A DNA stretch of 64,000 nucleotides from an uncultured Alphaproteobacteria bacterium (GCA_963730195.1 CAVSRN010000048.1:30466-94465), one strand, 5' to 3'. Counted from the stretch's first letter, positions 19,188 to 31,042 are shown. Notes: a model not told the origin generated them from the sequence alone. Numbers and translations: made by a program.

Positions 19188-20234
19188 TTACGGGAACAGC
19201 GGCGCCTGGCCGAGGCCCGCGGTCTCGGGCAGGCCGAGCATCAGGTTCATGTTCTGGAGCGCCTGGCCGGAGGCTCCCTTGACCAAATTGTCGGTGACGC
19301 TGATCAGGATCGCCCGGCCCGCGACCCGGTCGGGATGGACCGCGATCAGGCAGAGGTTGGTGCCGCGGACGTGGCGGGTCGCCGGCAGGCTTCGGAACGG
19401 CAGCACGCGCACGAACGGCTCGCCGGCGTAGCGCCGCTCGAGCGCCGACTGCAGGTCCTCGGCGCCGACGCCCTGCGCGAGGCGGACGTAGATGGTCGCG
19501 AGGATGCCCCGGTTCATGGGCACCAGGTGCGGCGTGAAGCTCACCACGACCGGCCGGCCGGCCGCGTCCGACAGGCCCTGCTCGATCTCGGGCGCGTGCC
19601 GGTGATTGGCGACCCCGTAGGCGTGCAGGCCCTCGCTCACCTCGCTGTGCAGCGAGGCCTCCTTGGCGGCGCGGCCGGCGCCGGTGACCCCCGACTTGGC
19701 ATCGATGATGATCGGGTCGAGCGCGATCAGGCCGGCCTCGAGCAGCGGCCGCAGCGGCAGCTGCGCCGTGGTCGGATAGCAGCCGGGATTGGCGACCAGA
19801 TCGGTCGCCCGGATCTGCTCGCGCGCGAGCTCGGTCAGGCCATAGACCGCGTCCTGCTGGCGCAGGGCCGCCCGGTGCGGCTGGCCGTAGGTCCGCTCGT
19901 AGAGCCGGACGTCGCGCAGGCGGAAATCGGCCGACAGGTCGATCACCTTGGGCCCGCGCGGCAGCTCGCGGATCACGTCCTGGGTGGTGCCATGCGGCAG
20001 GCAGCCGAAGACGACGTCGAGGCTGCCGGGATCAGTATCCTCGATCTTGGCCAGCGTCGGCAACGCGCGGCCGGCAAGGTGGGGAAAAACCGCGGCAATC
20101 GGCTGGCCGGCGTAGCGGTCCGAGGTCATGCATTCGACGCGCACCGACGGGTGGTCCTGGACCAGGCGCAAAAGCTCGATCCCGGTGTAGCCGGTCGCCC
20201 CCAAAATCCCGATGCTCACGCTGTTGGCCGTCAT
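19188..20234 (-). CDS. argC: N-acetyl-gamma-glutamyl-phosphate reductase
   Basis: Track ORF 19188..20303. Start trimmed to ATG 20234 (MTANSVSIGILGATGYTG). Active-site region NPGCYPT. Confidence 0.9.
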   Translation of the reverse strand: MTANSVSIGILGATGYTGIELLRLVQDHPSVRVECMTSDRYAGQPIAAVFPHLAGRALPTLAKIEDTDPGSLDVVFGCLPHGTTQDVIRELPRGPKVIDLSADFRLRDVRLYERTYGQPHRAALRQQDAVYGLTELAREQIRATDLVANPGCYPTTAQLPLRPLLEAGLIALDPIIIDAKSGVTGAGRAAKEASLHSEVSEGLHAYGVANHRHAPEIEQGLSDAAGRPVVVSFTPHLVPMNRGILATIYVRLAQGVGAEDLQSALERRYAGEPFVRVLPFRSLPATRHVRGTNLCLIAVHPDRVAGRAILISVTDNLVKGASGQALQNMNLMLGLPETAGLGQAPLFP

Positions 20235-20370
20235 CGCTCCGTCCTCGACCGGCACCGCCACCTTGGCGTGTATGTCACGTTTCGGGCGCGAGTTGGACCC
20301 CAAAGTTTTCTCCTGTTGCCTGACCGGGGCCGGCCGCTACAACGGGGCGGACGGCGGAGGTGGCACACTC

Positions 20371-21651
20371 GTGAAGCTGTTGGTGATCGGCGCGGGCGGG
20401 CGCGAGCATGCGCTCTGCTGGGCGCTCGCGGCCTCGCCCTTGGTGAGCGAGCTCCTGTGCGCGCCCGGCAGCGATGCGATCGCGCGCGAGGCGCGCTGCG
20501 TGCCGATCGCGCTCGACGATCTCGACGGCATCGTCGCCTTCTGCCGCGCGGAGCGGGTCGAGCTGGTCGTGCCCGGCCCCGAGCTGCCGCTGGTCCTCGG
20601 TCTGGTCGACCGGCTGGAGGCGGCCGGGATCAAGGCGGCCGGGCCGTCCGCCGCGGCCGCGCGGCTCGAGGGCTCCAAGGCCTTCGCCAAGGATTTCTGC
20701 GTGCGCCATGGCATCCCGACCGCGCGCCATCGGGCTTTTCGGGCCAGCGACGCCGCGGCGGCGAAGGCCTACGTCCGGGCCGAGGGCGCTCCGATCGTGG
20801 TCAAGGCCGACGGGCTCGCGGCCGGCAAAGGCGTGACCGTCGCGGCCACGGTCGACGACGCGCTGGCAGCTCTGGACGACGCCTTCGGGGGCGCGTTCGG
20901 CGCGGCCGGCGACACGGTCGTGGTCGAGCAGTGCCTCGACGGCGAGGAGGCGAGCCTGTTCGCTCTGGTCGACGGCCAGCATGTGCTCGGCTTCGGGACC
21001 GCCCAGGACCACAAGCGGGCGGGCGAGGGCGACACCGGCCCGAACACCGGCGGCATGGGCGCCTACGCGCCGGCGCCGTGCATGACGCCCGAGCTCACCG
21101 AGCGGGCGCTGGCGGAGATCATCCGCCCGACGGTCGCCGGCATGGCCGCCGAAGGCGCGCCCTTTCGGGGCGTGCTCTACGCCGGGCTGATGCTCACCAG
21201 CAGCGGGCCCCAGCTGCTCGAGTACAACGTCCGCTTCGGCGACCCCGAATGCCAGGTGCTGTTGCCCCGCCTGATGACCGATCTCGGCCAGCTGCTGCTC
21301 GGGGCGGCGGACGGCGCGCTCGGCCACATGGATCTGCGCTGGTACCCGGAGCCCGTCCTGACCGTGGTCATGGCGGCGAAGGGCTATCCCGGCGCCTACG
21401 CCAGGGGCAGCGAGATCCGGGGCCTCGAGGCGGCCGGCGCGGTCGAGGGCGTGACCATCTTCCACGCCGGCACCCGGACCCTGGACGGCCGCGTGCTCGC
21501 CAACGGCGGCCGCGTCCTGGACGTGACCGCTCGGGGGTCGTCGCTGGCGGAGGCCCGAGAGCGCGCCTACGCCGCGATCGACCGGATCGACTGGCCGGAG
21601 GGCTTTTGCCGGCGCGACATCGGCTGGCGCGCCCTCGGCGCCGGCGTCTGA
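20371..21651 (+). CDS. purD: phosphoribosylamine--glycine ligase
   Basis: Inside track ORF 20212..21651. GTG 20371 (VKLLVIGAGGREHAL) after GGCGGAGGTGG. ATP-grasp PurD sequence throughout. Confidence 0.9.
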   Translation: MKLLVIGAGGREHALCWALAASPLVSELLCAPGSDAIAREARCVPIALDDLDGIVAFCRAERVELVVPGPELPLVLGLVDRLEAAGIKAAGPSAAAARLEGSKAFAKDFCVRHGIPTARHRAFRASDAAAAKAYVRAEGAPIVVKADGLAAGKGVTVAATVDDALAALDDAFGGAFGAAGDTVVVEQCLDGEEASLFALVDGQHVLGFGTAQDHKRAGEGDTGPNTGGMGAYAPAPCMTPELTERALAEIIRPTVAGMAAEGAPFRGVLYAGLMLTSSGPQLLEYNVRFGDPECQVLLPRLMTDLGQLLLGAADGALGHMDLRWYPEPVLTVVMAAKGYPGAYARGSEIRGLEAAGAVEGVTIFHAGTRTLDGRVLANGGRVLDVTARGSSLAEARERAYAAIDRIDWPEGFCRRDIGWRALGAGV

Positions 21652-21657
21652 GCGGCG

Positions 21658-22725
21658 GTGCGGCCCTTGCCCGAGCGTCTCGGTTGCGCCGCAGCCGACA
21701 TCGAGCGGGCGGCGCGAGCGCTCCGCGCCGGCCGGCTGGTCGCCTTCCCGACCGAGACCGTCTATGGCCTGGGCGGGCTCGCGACCAGCGATGCCGCGGT
21801 CGGCCTGATCTTCGCGGCCAAGGGCCGGCCGCGCTTCAACCCGCTGATCGTGCACGTCGAGAGCCGCGCCGCGGCCGCCGCGCTCGCCGTCTGGAACGAG
21901 CTCGCCGAGCGCCTCGCGGCCCGGTTCTGGCCGGGCGCCCTGACCCTGATCCTGCCGCGCGCGGAAAATTGCCCGCTGTCGCCCCTGGTCAGCGCCGGCG
22001 GCCCGACGGTCGGCCTGCGGGTGCCCGCGCATCCGGTGGCGCTCGCCCTGCTCGCGGCGACCGCGCTGCCGGTCGCGGCGCCGAGCGCCAACCCGGCCGG
22101 CGCGGTCAGCCCGACCAGCGCGGGCGACGTCGCGGACGGGCTCGGCGACCGGGTCGACCTGATCCTGGACGGCGGCCGCTGCCGGGTCGGCATCGAATCG
22201 ACCGTGCTCGACCTGAGCGGGGGCCAGCCGCGCCTGCTGCGCCCGGGCGGCGTGACCCGGGCCGCGCTCGAGGCCGAGCTCGGACCGCTCGCGACCGGGC
22301 CCGACGATCCGGGCCGGGCGCCGCGCGGCCCGGGCCAGCTCGCCAGCCACTACGCGCCCGCGCGGCCGCTGCGGCTGGACGCGCGCGCGGTGGCCGCCGA
22401 CGAGGCGCTCCTGGCGTTCGGTCCGGAGCCGCTGCCGCAGCCGCTCCGGGGTGCTGCCGCGACCCTCAATCTCAGCCCGGCCGGCGACCTCGAGGAGGCC
22501 GCCGCCAACCTGTTCTGGATGGTGCGCCGGCTGGATCGGCCGGGGTATCGGGCGATCGCGGTGATGCCGATCCCGGGCAGCGGGCTCGGCGAGGCGATCC
22601 GCGACCGCCTGGCGCGGGCCGCGGCACCGCGGCGCGGCCGCCGGTCCGATCGAACGTCGATGAGCGCGGCGTGGCCGCGGGCGGCGAAGCGCATGGGCTC
22701 GATGTTTGTGCAACTATCTTCGTAA
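21658..22725 (+). CDS. L-threonylcarbamoyladenylate synthase (Sua5/YwlC type)
   Basis: 355 aa. FPTETVYGLG, KGRPRFNPLIVH and APSANPAG motifs, plus a Sua5 C-terminal domain. GTG start. The C-terminal tail may be over-extended. Confidence 0.85.
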   Translation: MRPLPERLGCAAADIERAARALRAGRLVAFPTETVYGLGGLATSDAAVGLIFAAKGRPRFNPLIVHVESRAAAAALAVWNELAERLAARFWPGALTLILPRAENCPLSPLVSAGGPTVGLRVPAHPVALALLAATALPVAAPSANPAGAVSPTSAGDVADGLGDRVDLILDGGRCRVGIESTVLDLSGGQPRLLRPGGVTRAALEAELGPLATGPDDPGRAPRGPGQLASHYAPARPLRLDARAVAADEALLAFGPEPLPQPLRGAAATLNLSPAGDLEEAAANLFWMVRRLDRPGYRAIAVMPIPGSGLGEAIRDRLARAAAPRRGRRSDRTSMSAAWPRAAKRMGSMFVQLSS

Positions 22726-22925
22726 AATCAGCCGCGATCCTCTGGACCCGGCGCCCGGATCAGGCTAGGCGACAAGGTGGAAGTCGGCTCGGTCGACGAT
22801 CGGGCCCTCCCAGGTCGCGAAGTTGAGCAGGGGGTCAGGGTTGGTGGTGCAAAGTCTCGGCGCAGCCGGAGCCTGCGATCGACGACGACGATCAGGCGGA
22901 GGGGGGCGGCCGCCAGTTCGGGCGG

Positions 22926-23483
22926 TTGCGGTCGTCGCTGATCACGCCGCCCAAGACCGCGCTGGACGGCCGCCCGAGGCTGCAGATGCAGGCGCGGCCG
23001 GCGCCGGATGCACCGCGGCCGCTGATGGCGCCGATCGATTCGAGCAAGACGTTCGTCGGCCCCAACGGCACCTACTACGACGAACGCTGGCGGTGGATGG
23101 AGTGGTGCGGCCAAAATCGCAGCTGGAACTGGGCCGCCGCGCTGACCTTCGGCGGCTGGCTGGCCTATCGGCGCCTGTACGGGCTGGCGGCGGCCTACCT
23201 GGTTTGGGTCGCCGTCCTGGTGCTGATGCTTCTGCATGGCGCCTCGCTGCAGTTCGTGGCCCTGGCGCAGCTGGGCATCGCGATCAGCGTCGGCCTGTAC
23301 GGCAACCGGCTGTATCAGGCGCGTTTCCGGCGCGTCGCCTGGCAGGTCGCGCGGCAGCACGACGAGCATGCCGCCCGCCTCGGCGCGCTCGCCGGCCAGG
23401 GCGGCGTCGACCGGCGCGCGGTCTGGGTCATGGCCCTGGCCGAGATCGGCCTCGCGGGTCTCTTGATCGGGCTCGACGTCTAG
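22926..23483 (+). CDS. DUF2628 domain membrane protein
   Basis: Pattern [11 protein letters not shown]...[20 protein letters not shown] with two or three TM segments. The true start may be an internal Met (e.g. 23025). Confidence 0.6.
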   Translation: MRSSLITPPKTALDGRPRLQMQARPAPDAPRPLMAPIDSSKTFVGPNGTYYDERWRWMEWCGQNRSWNWAAALTFGGWLAYRRLYGLAAAYLVWVAVLVLMLLHGASLQFVALAQLGIAISVGLYGNRLYQARFRRVAWQVARQHDEHAARLGALAGQGGVDRRAVWVMALAEIGLAGLLIGLDV

Positions 23484-23543
23484 CCCTCGGGCCGGCCGGC
23501 CGAGGGCGCCCGCCCGGCCGCCAAGATCCGTGCGCCGCTGCGG

Positions 23544-23571
23544 TTGACAGCGGATGATTCGGAGCTAATAT
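23544..23571 (+). promoter_or_regulatory. sigma70-like promoter of the rplU-rpmA operon
   Basis: TTGACA (23544-23549), 16-nt spacer, TAATAT (23566-23571), about 90 nt upstream of the rplU ATG. Confidence 0.5.
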
Positions 23572-23586
23572 CCGGCCTCTCCCGAT

Positions 23587-23630
23587 CCGACCGGTGAGCC
23601 GGCCGCGCAGGCGGTGGCGGCACCGGTCGG
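23587..23630 (+). promoter_or_regulatory. 5'-UTR stem-loop in the rplU leader
   Basis: Perfect 10-bp arms CCGACCGGTG (23587-23596) and CACCGGTCGG (23621-23630), between the putative promoter and the rplU start. Confidence 0.4.
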
Positions 23631-23659
23631 GATGTGTTCAGCGCGGGCCTTGCAGGCAG

Positions 23660-23983
23660 ATGTACGCAGTCATCAAGACCGGCGGCAAGCAGTATCGGGT
23701 CGCCCATGGCGACGTGATCAAGGTCGAGCGGCTCGCCGGCGAGGTCGGCCAGACGATCGCCTTCGAGCACGTCCTGATGGTTGGCGGTGACGGCGACGGC
23801 GCCGCGCCCCGGATCGGCGCGCCCCTGCTCGACGGCGCGCGCGTGATCGCCGAGGTGCTGGAGCAGGCCAAGGCGCCCAAGATCATCGTCTTCAAGAAGA
23901 AGCGCCGCAAGAACTACCGGCGCAAGCACGGTCACCGGCAGTTCCAGACCGTGCTGCGCATCCAGGACATCGCGGTCGCCTGA
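23660..23983 (+). CDS. rplU: 50S ribosomal protein L21
   Basis: [14 protein letters not shown]... Start trimmed to ATG 23660 within track ORF 23594..23983. Confidence 0.95.
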   Translation: MYAVIKTGGKQYRVAHGDVIKVERLAGEVGQTIAFEHVLMVGGDGDGAAPRIGAPLLDGARVIAEVLEQAKAPKIIVFKKKRRKNYRRKHGHRQFQTVLRIQDIAVA

Positions 23984-24008
23984 GTAGCGCGGGCAGAGGA
24001 GAGCGGAG

Positions 24009-25371
<1,363 letters not shown>

Positions 25372-25391
25372 CGCCCCACCGCCCGCCGGCT

Positions 25392-25570
25392 GCGCGCCGC
25401 TCTGAGCACAGCGAGCGGACTGCGTGGTGCTCCAAACGAGGTGCGCTGGCTGCGTGGCGCTGTGCGCGAGGCGAGCGGCTACGCGGGGCTCTGAGCGAGG
25501 CAAGCAGGCGGCGCGGGGCTCTGAGCGAGGCGAGCGGGCGGCGCGACGCCGCGGTCAGAGCGCGCGAGCT
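25392..25570. repeat. tandem ~30-bp repeat (2 near-identical plus about 3 degenerate copies)
   Basis: gcggggctctgagcgaggcaagcaggcggc (25483-25512) is followed directly by gcggggctctgagcgaggcgagcgggcggc (25513-25542). Weaker copies sit on both sides. Intergenic between obg and proB. Confidence 0.55.
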
Positions 25571-25803
25571 TTCGGGCACCGTGATCAGAGTCACCGGGCG
25601 TCAAAGCCCGACGTCCGGCGGTAAGGTGACGGGGTCGAGGCGGGCGCCGGCTGGAGGGCGGTAACCGAATGTTAACCTTCGGATGTCAACTCTGCCTTCG
25701 GCTGGTCCATGCGACCGTGGCAATCCGTGCCGGCGATGGTTGGAGCGGGCGGGCGGACTCCCAGGGTCGCATGGACCATCGAGGACGGGCAGGCTAGGCG
25801 TCG

Positions 25804-26937
25804 ATGGTTGCCGAAAGGTTAGCCGGAAAAACGGGCACAGGCAGCCGCCGGCGCCGGGTGGTCAAGATCGGCTCGTCGCTCCTGGTCGACGGCGACGGGC
25901 GCGTCCGCCACGCCTGGCTCGACTCGCTGGCCGAGGATCTGGCCGCCTGCCGGGCGCGCGCCGAGGAGCTGATCGTGGTCACCTCGGGCGCGATCGCGCT
26001 CGGCCGGGCGGCGCTCAACCTCTCGGCCCGCACTCTGCGCCTCGAGGAGAAGCAGGCCGCGGCCGCGGTCGGCCAGATCAACCTCGCCCACGCCTATCAG
26101 GCGAGCCTCGCCCGCCACCGGCTGGCGACCGCCCAGCTGCTGCTGACGCTTGGCGACACCGAGAACCGGCGCCGCTATCTCAACGCCCGCTCGACCGTCG
26201 AGGCCCTGCTCAGGCTCGGCGTCCTCCCGGTGGTCAACGAGAACGACACGGTCGCGACCAACGAGATCCGCTTCGGCGACAACGACCGGCTGTCGGCGCG
26301 GGTCGCGGTCATGGCCAGCGCCGAGGAGCTGATCCTGTTGTCCGACGTCGACGGGCTCTACACCCGCGACCCGAGCCGGGATGAGGGCGCGATCCGGATC
26401 GAGCTGGTGACCGCGATCACGCCCGAGATCGAGGCGATGGCCGGCGGTGCCGGCAGCGCCGCCGGCACCGGCGGCATGGTCAGCAAGCTCGCGGCCGCGA
26501 AGATCGCGACCCGGGCGGGCTGCAGCGTGGTGCTCGCCCGCGGTGTCGAACCCCATCCGCTGGCGCGGCTCGAGGCCGGCGGCCCCTGCACCCGCTTTCC
26601 CGCCCGGGCCAACCCCGGGCGCGCACGCAAGGAATGGCTCGCGGCCACCCTGGGCGTCATGGGCGTGATCCGGATCGACGCCGGTGCGGCGCGCGCGCTC
26701 AGGCGTGGCAGCAGCCTGCTGCCGGCCGGCGTGGTCGAGGTCGAAGGCGGTTTCGAGCGCGGCGATCCGGTCCTGGTCCAGGGGCCCGACGGCCAGGACC
26801 TGGCCAAGGGTCTCTCGGCCTACGACGCCGCCGATGCCCGCCGCCTGCGCGGCCAGAAGACCGAGCAGATCGCGGCCCTGCTCGGCTATCGGGGGCGCGA
26901 CGAGCTGATCCACCGCGACGACCTGGTGCTGCTCTGA
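25804..26937 (+). CDS. proB: glutamate 5-kinase (with PUA domain)
   Basis: VVKIGSSLL, VVNENDTVATNEIRFGDNDRLSA and a C-terminal PUA-like segment. Confidence 0.9.
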   Translation: MVAERLAGKTGTGSRRRRVVKIGSSLLVDGDGRVRHAWLDSLAEDLAACRARAEELIVVTSGAIALGRAALNLSARTLRLEEKQAAAAVGQINLAHAYQASLARHRLATAQLLLTLGDTENRRRYLNARSTVEALLRLGVLPVVNENDTVATNEIRFGDNDRLSARVAVMASAEELILLSDVDGLYTRDPSRDEGAIRIELVTAITPEIEAMAGGAGSAAGTGGMVSKLAAAKIATRAGCSVVLARGVEPHPLARLEAGGPCTRFPARANPGRARKEWLAATLGVMGVIRIDAGAARALRRGSSLLPAGVVEVEGGFERGDPVLVQGPDGQDLAKGLSAYDAADARRLRGQKTEQIAALLGYRGRDELIHRDDLVLL

Positions 26938-26951
26938 GCGGGCGCGCACGA

Positions 26952-28161
26952 ATGCTCAAGGACTGGCGACAGACCCCGATCACCCGCCGGGTGCTGACCG
27001 AGGGACCGCGGGCGAGCTCGCACCTCGAGTTCCTGGTCGAGCTCTGCGACTGGCTCTGCCAGCGCGGCCTGCCACTCTACCAGGTCAACCAGTACACCCC
27101 GACCCTGCACCCGTTGATGCAGGGCGTGGAATGCATCTGGCACCGCTCCGGCCGCGCGCCCGAGGAGGTCCAGCTGCACTGGCGGGCCGGCGAGGACCTG
27201 CGCGCCTGGCAGGCCAACCCCTTGCGCAAGATCATGCTCGGCACCGACGAGCTCCGGATCGACCTCCAGGCCCCCGAGCCCACGCTTGCGGTACCGGTCC
27301 TCGACCGGCTGCGCGCCGAAGGGGCGAGCGAATATCTGGTGATGGCGGTGCCGCTCGCCGACGGCCGGCGCAACGCGATCAGCTGGGCGACCGATGCGCC
27401 GGGCGGCTTCACGCTCGCGGCGCGCACCGAATTGCGCAACCTCGCCGGCCCGCTCGGCCTGGTCCTCGATCTTCTGGAGTGGCGGCGGACCGCGCGCACG
27501 CTGCTCGACACCTACCTCGGCCGCGGCCCCGGCCGCGAGGTCCTGAGCGGCGCGATCCGGCGCGGCGACCGGCGCGATCTCGAGGCGGTGATCCTGTTCG
27601 CCGATCTGCGCGACTTCACCACCAAGGCCGCGAGCTGGAGCATCGACCAGCTGCTCGCCGCCCTCGACAGCCTACTATCAGGCGCTGGTCGACGCGATCA
27701 CGGTCGCCGGCGGCGAGGTCCTGAAATTCATGGGCGACGGCCTGCTGGCGGTGTTCCCGATCGGCCAGCCGCAGGCGCTCGCGCGCACCTGCCAGCACGC
27801 GCTGGCCGCGGCGCTCGCGGCACGCAACGCGCTCGCGCTGGCGAACCGGGCCCGCGCCGACGCCGGCGCCGAGGCGCTCGAGTTCGGGGTCGCCCTGCAC
27901 GTCGGGCCGGTGGCCTACGGCAACATCGGCGGCCAGGGGCGCCTCGACTTCACGGTGATCGGCCCGGCGGTCAACCTGGTCAGCCGGGTCGAGGGCCTGT
28001 GCAAGACGCTGGAGCAACCGCTGCTGGCGACCGCGGCGTTCGCGCGCCCGCTCGGCGACGAGCTCGCACCGGCGGGCGTGCATTCCATCCGCGGCCTCGC
28101 CGAGCCGGTCGAGCTGTTTGGCCTGCCTGAAGCGGTGGCATCGGCCTGCCGATCGGCCTAG
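26952..28161 (+). pseudogene. class III adenylate/guanylate cyclase with uncharacterised N-terminal sensor domain, frame broken
   Basis: N-terminal part (MLKDWRQT...AVILFADLRDFT) is in the frame of track ORF 26634..28130. The catalytic remainder (YYQALVDAITVAGGEVLKFMGDGLLAVF...[12 protein letters not shown]) is in the frame of ORF 27730..28161. Extra base near 27670-27673. Confidence 0.8.
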
Positions 28162-28189
28162 GTTACTGGGACAGAGACTGGAGGGCGGT

Positions 28190-29468
28190 ATGGCAACCGC
28201 GTTACGCCACGACCTCGAAGCCGAGATGCAGGCGCTCGGCGCGCGCGCCCGCAGCGCGGCCCAGCTCCTGGCCACGACCCCGCGCGCGGCCAAGGATCGG
28301 GCCCTGCTGGCGGCGGCGGCGAGCCTGCGGGCGCGGGCCGACGAGATCCTCGCGGCCAACGCCAAGGATCTGGCGGCGGCGCGAGGGCCGCGGCCTGCGC
28401 GCCTCGCTGCTCGATCGCCTGGCGCTCGATGGCAAGCGGATCGAGGCGATGGCCGTCGGGCTCGAGCTGGTCGCAGCCCTCGCCGACCCGGTCGGCGTCG
28501 AGATCGCCCGCTGGTCGCGCCCGAACGGTCTCGACATCGCCCGCGTGCGGGTGCCGCTCGGCGTGATCGGGATCATCTACGAATCCCGCCCCAACGTCAC
28601 CGCCGATGCCGGCGCGCTCTGCCTCAAGGCCGGCAATGCCGCGATCCTGCGCGGCGGCTCCGAGAGCTTCCATTCCTCGCGCGCGATCCTCGCCTGCCTC
28701 CAGGAGGGCCTGCGCGCGGCCGGCCTGCCCGCGGCCGCGATCCAGAGCCCGCCGACCACCGATCGGGCCGCGGTCGGGATCATGCTGACCATGAGCGAGC
28801 AGATCGACGTGATCGTGCCGCGCGGCGGCCCGTCGCTGATCGAGCGGGTGCAGAGGGAAAGCCGGATTCCGGTGCTCGCGCATCGCGACGGCGTCTGCCA
28901 CGTCTATCTGCACGCCGCCGCCGACCCCGCGATGGCGCGCGCCATCACCTTGAACGCCAAGCTGCGCCGGACCTCGGTCTGCGGCGCCGCCGAGACCCTG
29001 CTGGTCGATCGCGCCGCGGCCGGGCGCCTGCTGCCGGGCGTGCTCGAGGACCTGCTCAGGGCCGGGTGCGAAGTGCGCGCCGAGCCCGAGGTCCAGGCCC
29101 TGGACCCGCGGATCGGACCGGCGAGCGAGGCCGACTGGTCGACCGAGTATCTGGACGCGATCCTCGCGGTCAGGCTGGTCGACGGCGTCGACGCGGCGAT
29201 CGCGCACATCAACCGCTACGGCTCGCATCACACCGACAGCATCGTGACCGACGACCGGCCGGCGGCCGAGCGCTTCCTCGCCGAGGTCGACAGCGCGATC
29301 GTGCTGCACAACGCCTCGACCCAGTTCGCCGACGGCGGCGAGTTCGGCATGGGCGCCGAGATCGGCATCTCGACCGGCCGGCTGCACGCGCGCGGGCCGG
29401 TCGGCGTCGAGCAGCTGACCAGCTTCAAATACGTGGTCCGCGGCAGCGGTCAGATCCGGCCGGCATGA
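28190..29468 (+). pseudogene. proA: gamma-glutamyl phosphate reductase, frame broken near the N-terminus
   Basis: [17 protein letters not shown]...AKDLAAAR is in the frame of ATG 28190 (RBS GGAGGG). [25 protein letters not shown]... through the C-terminus is in the frame of ORF 28449..29468. Indel at about 28378-28392. Confidence 0.85.
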
Positions 29469-30134
29469 ACCACCGCCGGCCGGTCGCCCGGATCAACCGG
29501 CCGCGGCCCGCCGAGCTGGCGCCACGGCCGGTGCCGCGCCGTCGGATCGGGCTGCTCGGCGGCTCGTTCAACCCGGCCCACGAGGGCCACCTCGCGATCA
29601 GCCAGGACGCGCTCAGGCGGCTGCGCCTGGACCAGGTCTGGTGGCTGGTGTCGCCGCAGAATCCCTTGAAGCCGGTCGCCGACATGGCGAGCTTCGCCGA
29701 CCGCCTGGCCTCGGCGCGCGCCCTCGCGGCGCAGGGATCGGCGGATCCTGGCCAGCGATCTGGAGCAGCGGCTCGAGCTGCGCTACACCGTCGATACCAT
29801 CTCCTGGTTGAAGCGACATCGGCGAGACTACATCGTATGGTTGATCGGCGCCGATAATCTGCTGCAATTGCCGAAGTGGCGCCATTGGCGACGCCTTCTG
29901 ACGATGGTTGCCATTGCCGTCTTCGACCGCGAACCTTATTCTTACCCGGCATCGACTGGTCGGGTCGCGCGCACCTACGCCGAGCGGCGTCTTGAGCAAC
30001 GCGCCGCCGCGGCGTTGGCCACGCAGCGCCCGCCAGCCTGGGTGTATTTGCGGCTGCGCCGGCACGAAGCGTCGAGCACGGCAATTCGTCGGGAGCGGGT
30101 AAGCTCGGGTCGGCGCGCCCGGACCAAGGAGTGA
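29465..30134 (+). pseudogene. nadD: nicotinate-nucleotide adenylyltransferase, frame broken
   Basis: The ATG overlaps the proA stop (ATGA). [14 protein letters not shown] is in one frame and [25 protein letters not shown]...WLIGADNL in the frame of ORF 29808..30134. Indel at about 29725-29738. Confidence 0.85.
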
Positions 30135-30523
30135 CCGTCATAGGCACGGAGACGCCCGCGCGGCCAGCCAGCCCTGACCTGCGACAGCTCATCCTCGCCT
30201 CGCTCGCCGACGACAAGGCGATCGACCCCGTCACCATCGATCTCACCGGCAAGACCAGCATCGCGGATGCCATGGTGATCGCGACCGGCACCTCCCAGCG
30301 CCACCTCGCGGCCATGGCCGAGCACCTGATGATGCGCCTCAAGCGCGCCGGGCTGCAGGGACTCGGCTCGGAGGGCGGCGGCCAGTCGGACTGGCTGCTG
30401 ATCGACGCCGGCGACGTCATCGTCCATCTGTTCAAGGACGAGGTCCGCCGGTTCTACGACCTGGAGAAGCTCTGGGGCGCGGCGTTGCCCGAAGCGCCCG
30501 TCGTGGCCCGGCTGCACGCCTGA
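30131..30523 (+). CDS. rsfS: ribosome silencing factor RsfS (iojap-like)
   Basis: 130 aa, DAMVIATGTSQRHLAAMAEHL...DWLLIDAGDVIVHLF. GTG start overlapping the nadD stop. Confidence 0.9.
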   Translation: MTVIGTETPARPASPDLRQLILASLADDKAIDPVTIDLTGKTSIADAMVIATGTSQRHLAAMAEHLMMRLKRAGLQGLGSEGGGQSDWLLIDAGDVIVHLFKDEVRRFYDLEKLWGAALPEAPVVARLHA

Positions 30524-30541
30524 GCACACGGCGCCACGCGG

Positions 30542-31042
30542 GTGGCTGCGCCCGGCGCCCTGCGAGTCACGGTCGCGGCGGTCGGTCGCGACCGCGCCTC
30601 CCCGACCCGGGACCTGTTCGAAGACTATTGCCGACGCTCGGGCTGGTCGATCCGGCTGGTCGAGGTCGCGGCGCGCGGCCGCCTGCCGCTGGAGCGCCGG
30701 CTCGCCGACGAGGCCGCACGGCTGCTCGGCGCGGTCCCGGAGCGGGCGCTGGTCGTCGCCCTCGACGAGCATGGCCGGCAGCTCGACAGCCTGGCGTTCG
30801 CCCGCGAGCTCGGTCGCTGGCGGGACCGGGGCGAGACCGAGCTCGCCTTCCTGATCGGCGGTCCCGACGGCCTCGCCCCGAGCCTCCTGGAACGGGCCGC
30901 GACGGTGCTCGCGCTCGGCGCCATGACCTGGCCGCACCGGCTGGTCCGGGTCCTGCTGGCGGAGCAGCTGTACCGGGCCGAGACCATCCTCGCCGGCCAT
31001 CCCTACCATCGCGCCAGCCTGAAGGCCAGCCTGAAGGATTGA
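30542..31042 (+). CDS. rlmH: 23S rRNA (pseudouridine1915-N3)-methyltransferase
   Basis: 166 aa, LRVTVAAVGR...FLIGGPDGL...LSLGAMTWPH-type SPOUT sequence. Exact start uncertain. Confidence 0.9.
   Translation: MAAPGALRVTVAAVGRDRASPTRDLFEDYCRRSGWSIRLVEVAARGRLPLERRLADEAARLLGAVPERALVVALDEHGRQLDSLAFARELGRWRDRGETELAFLIGGPDGLAPSLLERAATVLALGAMTWPHRLVRVLLAEQLYRAETILAGHPYHRASLKASLKD

Noticed and set aside
19335-22826. Very long ORFs such as 19335..22826 (+, 1163 aa), 20275..22713 (-), 3986..6082 (+), 29975..32635 (-), 42226..44010 (-), 6251..7957 (+), 17855..19180 (-) and 38510..40486 beyond the DUF58 part.
   Set aside because: - They are Arg/Ala/Gly/Pro-rich and low in complexity.
- They lie antisense or out of frame to genes with clear family signatures.
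- Such ORFs arise from stop-codon scarcity in high-GC DNA.
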